A stretch of 64,000 nucleotides of DNA from positions 2,059 to 66,058 of the forward strand of contig CANQHV010000007.1 of NCBI GenBank assembly GCA_947624005.1, read 5' to 3'. This DNA is from an uncultured Clostridia bacterium. Lineage in GTDB: Bacteria; Bacillota; Clostridia; Christensenellales; Borkfalkiaceae. The notes below the pieces were generated by a model that saw only the letters and a list, made by a program, of their open reading frames with translations, ran no database searches and was not told where the DNA came from. The position numbers and the translations under genes are program-made. Numbering within the stretch: position 1 is the first letter of the stretch; every line of letters begins with the position of its first letter. This document shows, piece by piece, positions 1 to 8,038 of the stretch.

Positions 1-68
1 TCGGGATAAAGTTCGACATCCATTTTTTTGCCGTTTTCCATTTCAATCGTAACAATAGGATTTTTCAT
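1..68 (-). CDS. cyclophilin-type peptidyl-prolyl isomerase, 5' fragment (gene continues past the left edge)
   Basis: The reverse complement of 1..68 reads ATG AAA AAT CCT ATT GTT ACG ATT GAA..., giving MKNPIVTIEMENGKKMDVELYP, a typical cyclophilin N-terminus. AAGGAG (rc of 74..79) lies 5 nt upstream of the ATG. Confidence 0.5.
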   Translation of the reverse strand, partial: MKNPIVTIEMENGKKMDVELYP

Positions 69-77
69 TTCAGCTCC

Positions 78-536
78 TTATAAATCTTCGTATTTGTCGA
101 GTTTAACTCCCGCTTCTTCGAAAAGCTGCAAAGAGAAACTGTCGGGATAGCCTTCTTTATATACAACCCTAGTAATTCCCGAGTTTATGATTATTTTCGC
201 GCAGATTACGCAAGGTTGGTGGGTACAGTAAAGCGTGCATCCCTCTACGCTGCAACCTACCCTTGCCGCCTGAATTATCGCATTTTGCTCGGCGTGCACG
301 GCATAACAGACTTCCTGCATCGTGCCGCTTGCGATATTAAGCTTTTTTCGCAGACATTCTTTTTTGTCCACACAACTTTTAATGCCCTGAGGGGCGCCGT
401 TATAGCCCGTAGCTATAATTCTTTTGTTCTTGACGATAACCGCGCCGACGTGTCTGTTTTCCTGATAACAGCTCGACCAGCCGCCAATCTGCTCGGTCAT
501 CTCCATAAATCTTTTATCCCACTTATCCATAGTCAA
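78..536 (-). CDS. comEB: dCMP deaminase (ComEB family)
   Basis: 152-aa ORF with the zinc-ligand motifs HAEQNAI and PCVICAK of the cytidine/deoxycytidylate deaminase fold. Confidence 0.85.
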   Translation of the reverse strand: MTMDKWDKRFMEMTEQIGGWSSCYQENRHVGAVIVKNKRIIATGYNGAPQGIKSCVDKKECLRKKLNIASGTMQEVCYAVHAEQNAIIQAARVGCSVEGCTLYCTHQPCVICAKIIINSGITRVVYKEGYPDSFSLQLFEEAGVKLDKYEDL

Positions 537-600
537 ACCCTTAACCTTGAAGCATTATACCATATTTTAAATAAAAAAGCAATTTTTTAAATTCTTGTGT

Positions 601-629
601 TTGACTTTATTTAACGAAGTTTATAAAAT
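601..629 (+). promoter_or_regulatory. sigma-A type promoter of groES-groEL
   Basis: TTGACT (601..606), 17-nt spacer, TAAAAT (624..629), about 40 nt upstream of the groES ATG. Confidence 0.55.
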
Positions 630-668
630 ATTTGTGACAAAAAAGAATTTTCCGGAGGAAACTTAAAA

Positions 669-953
669 ATGACAATCAAACCTTTATTCGATAAAGTTGT
701 CGTAGAAGGGCTTAAAGCCGAGGAAAAAACAAAAAGCGGGCTTTATCTTACCGCGGCAGCGCAGGAAAAACCCGCGACCTGCGTGGTAATCGCAGTAGGT
801 CCCGGCGGCGTAGTCAACGGCAAAGAAGTCAAAATGCAGGTTAAAGTCGGCGACAAGGTTCTGCTTTCGAAGTACAGCGGAACCGACGTTAAGTTCGACG
901 ATAAAGAATATACGATAATCAGCCAAAGCGACATTTTGGCGATTGTCGAATAA
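669..953 (+). CDS. groES: co-chaperonin GroES
   Basis: 94 aa starting MTIKPLFDKVVV, with ..AVGPG.. and ..KYSGTDVKFD... GGAGGA RBS upstream. Immediately precedes groEL. Confidence 0.97.
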   Translation: MTIKPLFDKVVVEGLKAEEKTKSGLYLTAAAQEKPATCVVIAVGPGGVVNGKEVKMQVKVGDKVLLSKYSGTDVKFDDKEYTIISQSDILAIVE

Positions 954-971
954 TTTTCAGCGAGGTTATAA

Positions 972-2609
<1,638 letters not shown>

Positions 2610-2631
2610 TAAGGAATAAAAATTTGTAATA

Positions 2632-2668
2632 ACGCCCCGCGGCAATCTGCCGCGGGGCGTTGTGTTTG
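2632..2668. terminator. GC-rich hairpin terminator after groEL; also lies downstream of the convergent lipoprotein gene
   Basis: The 13-bp stem acgccccgcggca (2632..2644) pairs with tgccgcggggcgt (2648..2660) around a 3-nt loop. It is followed by tgtgtttg. Confidence 0.7.
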
Positions 2669-2708
2669 CGCGCAATTTTAAAGCTATGCGCACGCTTTTA
2701 TATTGATT

Positions 2709-3686
2709 TTACTTATTTTCAGCCGCCTTTTTTGCCTCTTCCACTCTTTCACATTCAATCTCATAAACTTCCGAGCCGTTGAGCACAACGGGAACCTCTT
2801 TACCTTTTTCATATTTATCGGTATTTACGACAATATCATATACATTCCCACCAGGTACATTCGCTTGATAGGTTATAACATCAGTAACGGCAACATCAAC
2901 ATCTGTTTCAAATGTAAATATTTGTTTAGTATGTTTATTTTTAAGTAATGCATAAAAGTCAAATATATAATACTCTAGATTTTGCCAATTATTAGGTTCT
3001 GTCAATCCCGCGACTATTATTTCATAATCTTCGCCGACCAATTTTTTAGTCATTGCTTCCAGCAATTCGGGATTAGTTTCATAAGTTTCCACACCTTTAT
3101 TGTAATTACGTCCAACAATTTTAAAAAGTGACTTATTTGCTTCTAATATTTCTTCCGAAGTTATTTCATCTATATTATCAGCATGTATTGTTGAAAATCT
3201 ATAAGCATAAGTAGCACCATTTTCATTATTGTTCTTTGCAACACAAGCAAATCGACCGTTGTCAATATATATCGAAATTATCTCAATTAAATCGCGGTCA
3301 GTTTTGTTAATTTCTGCAAGTCGTGTTTTAAGCGCGTCAACAATATCCTGATAGGCGTTTATAAGTTCATTATCGCCGTCGGTATCCCCGTCGGAATCTT
3401 GCCCGCTCTGTTCGCCTTGCTGTTTGTCGTCGGTATTACCGCCGTTACCGTTGTCACCCTTATTATCTTCGCCCGAATCTTTATTGTCGTCTTTATCCTC
3501 CACGTCAGGCTGTTCGTCTTGATTGTCGTCTTTGCTGTCTGATGGAGAATTATTTTCTTCGGTGGTCGGAGTTTGGGGCGTAGTTTTTGACGGGTCGGGC
3601 GTATTTTCGCCGCAAGCCGCAAGCGAAAATAGCATACAAAAAGCCGCAATCAAAGTTAAAATAACGCTTAAAAATCTGAATTTCAT
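2709..3686 (-). CDS. hypothetical lipoprotein with an acidic low-complexity linker
   Basis: Start set at the ATG at 3686, preceded by AGGAGA. Signal peptide MKFRFLSVILTLIAAFCMLFSLAAC has an L-A-A-C lipobox. A D/N/E/G/K-rich linker follows, then a globular C-terminal domain I do not recognise. Confidence 0.7.
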   Translation of the reverse strand: MKFRFLSVILTLIAAFCMLFSLAACGENTPDPSKTTPQTPTTEENNSPSDSKDDNQDEQPDVEDKDDNKDSGEDNKGDNGNGGNTDDKQQGEQSGQDSDGDTDGDNELINAYQDIVDALKTRLAEINKTDRDLIEIISIYIDNGRFACVAKNNNENGATYAYRFSTIHADNIDEITSEEILEANKSLFKIVGRNYNKGVETYETNPELLEAMTKKLVGEDYEIIVAGLTEPNNWQNLEYYIFDFYALLKNKHTKQIFTFETDVDVAVTDVITYQANVPGGNVYDIVVNTDKYEKGKEVPVVLNGSEVYEIECERVEEAKKAAENK

Positions 3687-3706
3687 ACTATCTCCTTTGT
3701 GCGGCG

Positions 3707-3896
3707 TAAAAAAATAAGGTGTGCTCCCGAAAGAGCACACCGCACGGTATCTCTTACGGTTACCACACCTTCAATACAATTTTCGTTAGCCGAAATTTTT
3801 AATATCAAAAGAGATACACAATGCCAGATTGTGTATTTCGACCAACGGGTATGCACAGAGCAAAATGCCTTGCGATTTGTATTGAAAATGTGGTAA
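3707..3896 (-). promoter_or_regulatory. structured 5' leader (riboswitch/attenuator-like, class not recognised) ending in an intrinsic terminator
   Basis: On the minus-strand RNA, rc(3877..3896) pairs with rc(3760..3779) in a 20-bp closing helix with 2 G.U pairs. There is an internal 9-bp hairpin (3814..3822 with 3828..3836). A terminator, ggtgtgctc (3718..3726) paired with gagcacacc (3733..3741), is followed by UUAUUUUUUU and ends about 12 nt before the lipoprotein RBS. Confidence 0.45.
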
Positions 3897-3900
3897 TAAA

Positions 3901-3930
3901 AATATATCACTTCGGGGGTAATTTTGTCAA
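3901..3930 (-). promoter_or_regulatory. sigma-A type promoter driving the leader and lipoprotein gene
   Basis: On the minus strand: TTGACA (rc of 3925..3930), 18-nt spacer, TATATT (rc of 3901..3906). Confidence 0.5.
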
Positions 3931-3963
3931 GCGGCTGACGGAATTATTCGCGGCAAGCAAACA

Positions 3964-3990
3964 GCCGCGGGGCGGAAGTCGCCCCGCGGC
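3964..3990 (-). terminator. GC-rich hairpin, second of two hairpins downstream of the PLP-enzyme gene
   Basis: gccgcggggcg (3964..3974) pairs with cgccccgcggc (3980..3990) around a 5-nt loop. These are the same 11-mers as the arms of the 2632..2660 hairpin, in swapped order. The U-tract is weak. Confidence 0.4.
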
Positions 3991-4007
3991 ATATTAACGC
4001 GCGCCGA

Positions 4008-4042
4008 TATTTAAAATGCGCAGGCTTTATATAGGCCTGCGC
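4008..4042 (-). terminator. intrinsic terminator of the miaB-mutS-mutL-miaA-PLP enzyme operon
   Basis: gcgcaggc (4018..4025) pairs with gcctgcgc (4035..4042), 6 nt after the stop codon. On the minus strand it is followed by AUUUUAAAU. Confidence 0.55.
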
Positions 4043-4048
4043 GAAAAA

Positions 4049-5269
4049 TTATTTTAAAAGTTTGTTTAGTATGCGGGTTAATGCGTATTTGCCGTGTTCA
4101 TAGGTAAGCCCGCCCTGAAAATACGCAATGTACGGCGGTTTGACGGGTCCGTCCGCCGAAAGTTCGATTGACGAACCGCCGACAAACGTGCCCGCCGCCA
4201 TTATTATTTTGTCGTCATACCCCGGCATATCCCACGCCTCGCAATCGACAAAGCCGTCTACGGGCGAAGCGTGCTGTACTTCGCGTATAAAATTTATCAT
4301 TTTTTCCGCGCTGTCGAATTTTATCGCGCGCGTTATGTCGTGCGGCGTTTTATCAAGCGACGGATAATTTTCGTAACCGAGTTCGCCCATAGCCATACCT
4401 ATAAGCAGACTGCTTTTAAGCGCCTGCGCCACGGTGTGCGGCGCCATAAACAGACCTTGATAATAATATTGGTATCCGTACGCGTAAGAACCAACTTCAA
4501 GACCTATCGACGGAGCCGTCAGACGTTTGCCGATAAGATTTATATACTTCTCTTTCCCGCAGATATAACCGCCCGTGGGCGCAAGCCCGCCGCCCGCGTT
4601 TTTTATGAGCGAGCCGACGATAACGTCTGCGCCGACCTCGGTCGGTTCGCGCGTTTCGACAAATTCGCCGTAGCAATTGTCCACAAAAATACAGCCTTTA
4701 AAGCCGTTTTTGCGCAAAAAGTCGCACAAAACGCCTATTTGTTCGCACGAAAGCGCGTCGCGGAGTTCGTACCCCCTCGACCGTTGCACGTAAACCGTTT
4801 TGGGCTTTTCGGCAAGCCGTTCTTTTATCGCTTCAAAGTCGAAATCGCCGTCTATAAGGTCGCAGTATCTGAACGTAATGCCGAAATCTTCAAGCGTGCC
4901 GTCGCCTTTTCCGCTTATTACGCCGCGCAAAGTATCGTAAGGCTGACCCGTTACGCATAAAACAATATCGTTCGGGCGCAAAATGCCGAAAAGCGCCACC
5001 GTAAGCGAGTGCGTGCCCGAAAGCAGGTGCGGCGAAACTATTCCGCTTTCCGCGCCGAACGCGCTTGCGTACAATTTGCCAAGCGTATCCCTGCCCTCGT
5101 CGCCGTAACCGTAACCCGTGGTGCCGTTAAAGTGCCGCGCGGCTACTCGGTGCTCGGAAAAGGCGTTTAAAACCTTTTTCTGATTGAAATGCGCGATATT
5201 TTCTATTTCTTTGAATTTTTCCGAAAGCTTACTTTCGCACTCTTCGATAAATTTTTCGTTATCAGTCAT
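4049..5269 (-). CDS. Cys/Met-metabolism PLP enzyme of the YnbB / 'aluminium resistance protein' (methionine gamma-lyase-like) family
   Basis: 406 aa. The overall sequence resembles the YnbB family that commonly follows miaA(-hfq) in Firmicutes. Overlaps the miaA stop by 8 nt. Confidence 0.7.
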   Translation of the reverse strand: MTDNEKFIEECESKLSEKFKEIENIAHFNQKKVLNAFSEHRVAARHFNGTTGYGYGDEGRDTLGKLYASAFGAESGIVSPHLLSGTHSLTVALFGILRPNDIVLCVTGQPYDTLRGVISGKGDGTLEDFGITFRYCDLIDGDFDFEAIKERLAEKPKTVYVQRSRGYELRDALSCEQIGVLCDFLRKNGFKGCIFVDNCYGEFVETREPTEVGADVIVGSLIKNAGGGLAPTGGYICGKEKYINLIGKRLTAPSIGLEVGSYAYGYQYYYQGLFMAPHTVAQALKSSLLIGMAMGELGYENYPSLDKTPHDITRAIKFDSAEKMINFIREVQHASPVDGFVDCEAWDMPGYDDKIIMAAGTFVGGSSIELSADGPVKPPYIAYFQGGLTYEHGKYALTRILNKLLK

Positions 5270-6161
5270 TTAACAACTCCAAAACTTTGTCTGCGGAAAA
5301 AGATTCGGGTTTAAGCCAAACCAAGTCGGGCAATTTTTTAAAAAACGTAATCTGCCTTTTTGCGTATCTGCGCGTATTTTGCTTGATTATGTCACGCATA
5401 GTACTCTCGTTATCGCCGTTTTTCAAACATTCGACCACTTCTTTATAGCCTATGGCTTGCATACATTGGCAATTTTCAAAACCTTGAAAAATAAGGTTTT
5501 TTACCTCTTCCACAAGCCCCTCTGCAAACATTTTGTCTACCCGCTTATCTATTCGCGCGTATAATTCTTCGCGCGGAAAATCGCAGGCGACGGCAAGATA
5601 GTTGTATTTAGGCACTAATTTATCGTTCTGTTCCGATTTTTTCTTTCCCGTTGCGTCGAATATTTCAAGCGCGCGTATTATGCGCTTTGTATCGTTCATA
5701 TGCAGTTTTTCGGCGGTTTTTTCGTCCTTTTGCCTTAAAATTTCAAAAAGCCGTTCTTTCCCCTGCTCTTCAAGCAATTTTTCGTAGTATTTTCTTATAT
5801 TTTCGTCGGCGCGCGTATGCCCGTAGCCCATATCGAAAAGTATCGAGTTGATATAAAAGCCCGTGCCGCCGCAAACGACGGGAATTTTTCCCTCGCCCTT
5901 TATGCGTTTAATTTCGCGCTCGGCAAGCTGTTCGTAGTCAGAAACGCTGAAATTTTCGCTCGGGTTCAATATATCTATAAGGTTATGCGGAACGCCGCGC
6001 ATTTCGTCCTTTGTCGGCTTTGCCGTGCCGATATTCAAATTTCTGTAAACAAGTTGCGAATCGGCTGAAATCACCTCGGAATTCAGTCTTTCGGCACAAT
6101 CAACCGAAAGCGCCGTCTTGCCCGACGCGGTTGCGCCGCAAATTATCAACAGCTCTTTCAA
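5262..6161 (-). CDS. miaA: tRNA dimethylallyltransferase
   Basis: 299 aa with the P-loop GATASGKT and ..IISADSQLVYR..NIGTAKP... ATGA overlap with mutL. Confidence 0.95.
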   Translation of the reverse strand: MKELLIICGATASGKTALSVDCAERLNSEVISADSQLVYRNLNIGTAKPTKDEMRGVPHNLIDILNPSENFSVSDYEQLAEREIKRIKGEGKIPVVCGGTGFYINSILFDMGYGHTRADENIRKYYEKLLEEQGKERLFEILRQKDEKTAEKLHMNDTKRIIRALEIFDATGKKKSEQNDKLVPKYNYLAVACDFPREELYARIDKRVDKMFAEGLVEEVKNLIFQGFENCQCMQAIGYKEVVECLKNGDNESTMRDIIKQNTRRYAKRQITFFKKLPDLVWLKPESFSADKVLELLND

Positions 6162-8038
6162 TTGACAATCCTTTTGAACATTTTTTCTATCTGTGTTTTC
6201 GAAAGTTTAACGCAAATCGGTCTGCCGTGCGGACATTTAAGCCCCACGTCGCCTTTAAGCATTCTGAACAGCACGTCTACTTCGAGTTCGGTTAGCTCTT
6301 GCCCGCCCTTCACGGCGTGCTTGCAAGCCGTCATTGCGAGTTTGTCTTTTAAAACGTCTTCAAGCTTGATTGACTTAAACGAATCGACGTTTTTAAGCAC
6401 CTCGTCGAAAAATTCTTTTACGTTCATATCGGCAAGGTCCACGGGCACGGCGTCGATTCTGAACGACGACGGACCGAATTCGCTTACCGTAAAGCCGATT
6501 TTTTCGAAAATCTGTAAGTTTTCGCTTAAAAACAGCTTTTCCTGCGTGTTGACGTCCAAAATATACGGCACAATCAAGCCCTGCTGCATTATCTTGCGCT
6601 TTTTAAGGTTTGCGCGCAGGTTGTCGTATAAAAGTCTTTCGTGCGCGGCGTGCTGGTCGATTAAATATACGTCGTCGCCCATTTCGAATATAAGATACGT
6701 ATTGAAAATACTGCCTTTATACTTGCATTTTTCAAATTCTATAAGCCGACTTTCGTAATCCGCGCGCTGTAAACTTTCGTCGTATTCGCGGCGCGCGCGG
6801 TCAAAGCGGTCGGGAGCGTGCGGACTTTCGCCGAGAACAAGCGACTGAATTTCCTGCGCGGGCAGAAACGACGACAAATTGTCCTCGGCAACGGGATTAT
6901 AATACCACTGCTCTTCCTTTTTTTCGGGTTCAGGTTCGGGCGGCTTGGCGACGGCGTTTTCAGCCGCATAAAGCCGCGGCGCGGTATCGCTTTCGCGCAA
7001 AGTCGAACGCATTTCGGGTATTCTTGTACTGTCGACAACGAAATCCGCGGCTTTCGACGTGCCGTCGAGCACGCTTGACACAATTTTATAAACGGCGCCG
7101 AAAACGGCGTTACCGTCGGTAAAGCGCACGTCGGACTTGTTCGGGTGAACGTTGACGTCAACCATATCTTCGGGCACCGTAACGTTTAAAACGTAAAAAG
7201 GATATTGCCTTTTCATTGCGTAACTTGCGTACGCATTCGAAAGCGCGGTCGCAATGGCGTTGTTTATTATGTAACGCCCGTTTAAAAATACCGATTGATA
7301 GGTTTTATTCGGCTTGAAAAAATTCTGATTGCCTATAAAGCCCTCGACTTTTATTCCGTGCCTTTCCGCGCTTATTTTATAACATTCCGCAAGCGTTTTC
7401 GCGCCGTAAACCTGCGCCAAAGCCTCGTCAAGCCCACCGCCGTACGATTGCAAAGCGAGCTTGCCGTCGATAAAATATCTGAACGAAACCGTGGGATTTC
7501 CCAAAATAAAGCGAGTTACAAAGTTTGTAATGTCGCTTTCTTCTTTTTTGTCGGGCTTTAAAAATTTTGCGCGGACGGGCGTATTGTAAAAAAGGTCGCG
7601 CACGGTTATTACGGTGCCGCGTTCGAGCGCGGCAGGCTGAATTTCGCCCACCTTGTCGTCCTCGACGGTAACTTTGCAAGCCTGATTGCCCGCGGTCACC
7701 GAAACAAGTTCGACGCGCGCGATTACCGAAATGCTCGCAAGCGCTTCGCCTCTGAAACCGAGAGTTTTTACCTTTTCAAGGTCGTCTGCCGACGAAATTT
7801 TACTTGTCGCGTGCGGCAAAAAGGCGGTTTTTAAGTCGCTTTTTTCAATTCCCGAACCGTTATCGACGACTTTTATTAACTGCTTCCCGCCTTTTTCTAT
7901 GTAAATTTTGATTTCGGTCGCGCCCGCGTCAAGACTGTTTTCGACAAGTTCTTTTACCGCGGAATAGGGTCTGTCGATAACCTCGCCCGCCGCAATACGG
8001 TTGTAGACTTCGCGCGAAAGTACGTTTATCTTTCCCAC
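6158..8038 (-). CDS. mutL: DNA mismatch repair protein MutL (endonuclease type)
   Basis: 626 aa with an N-terminal GHKL ATPase (AAGEVIDRP, ELVENSLDAG, GFRGEAL). The C-terminal domain carries the endonuclease motif DQHAAHERLLYD. Confidence 0.95.
   Translation of the reverse strand: MGKINVLSREVYNRIAAGEVIDRPYSAVKELVENSLDAGATEIKIYIEKGGKQLIKVVDNGSGIEKSDLKTAFLPHATSKISSADDLEKVKTLGFRGEALASISVIARVELVSVTAGNQACKVTVEDDKVGEIQPAALERGTVITVRDLFYNTPVRAKFLKPDKKEESDITNFVTRFILGNPTVSFRYFIDGKLALQSYGGGLDEALAQVYGAKTLAECYKISAERHGIKVEGFIGNQNFFKPNKTYQSVFLNGRYIINNAIATALSNAYASYAMKRQYPFYVLNVTVPEDMVDVNVHPNKSDVRFTDGNAVFGAVYKIVSSVLDGTSKAADFVVDSTRIPEMRSTLRESDTAPRLYAAENAVAKPPEPEPEKKEEQWYYNPVAEDNLSSFLPAQEIQSLVLGESPHAPDRFDRARREYDESLQRADYESRLIEFEKCKYKGSIFNTYLIFEMGDDVYLIDQHAAHERLLYDNLRANLKKRKIMQQGLIVPYILDVNTQEKLFLSENLQIFEKIGFTVSEFGPSSFRIDAVPVDLADMNVKEFFDEVLKNVDSFKSIKLEDVLKDKLAMTACKHAVKGGQELTELEVDVLFRMLKGDVGLKCPHGRPICVKLSKTQIEKMFKRIVN

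Noticed and set aside
518-540. Two DnaA-box-like motifs (ttatcccac and cttatccat), suggesting an origin.
   Set aside because: They are imperfect and lie inside the comEB coding sequence, where they encode ..MDKWDK... There is no A+T-rich unwinding element, no dnaA/dnaN nearby and no change in gene-strand bias.
2703-2948. 81-aa plus-strand ORF, together with 3359..3649 and 3523..3717, within the lipoprotein locus.
   Set aside because: These are shadow ORFs of the lipoprotein gene. Their translations are I/F/N-rich or K/R-rich low-complexity sequence, as expected from A+T-rich antisense or out-of-frame reading.
3707-3896. Possible T-box riboswitch, because GGUGUGGUAACCGUAAG resembles the T-box GGGUGGUACCGCG.
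   Set aside because: The match needs insertions. I find no Stem I features (GA/K-turn AGAGA, specifier loop, distal AG bulge or GNUGNRA-type loop). The downstream gene is a lipoprotein, not an aminoacyl-tRNA or amino-acid gene. It is kept only as an unclassified leader.
5262-5269. Absence of hfq downstream of miaA; many Firmicutes have miaA-hfq.
   Set aside because: miaA overlaps the next gene, so hfq is clearly not at this locus. Absence from the genome cannot be judged from one window, so this is not reported as a finding.
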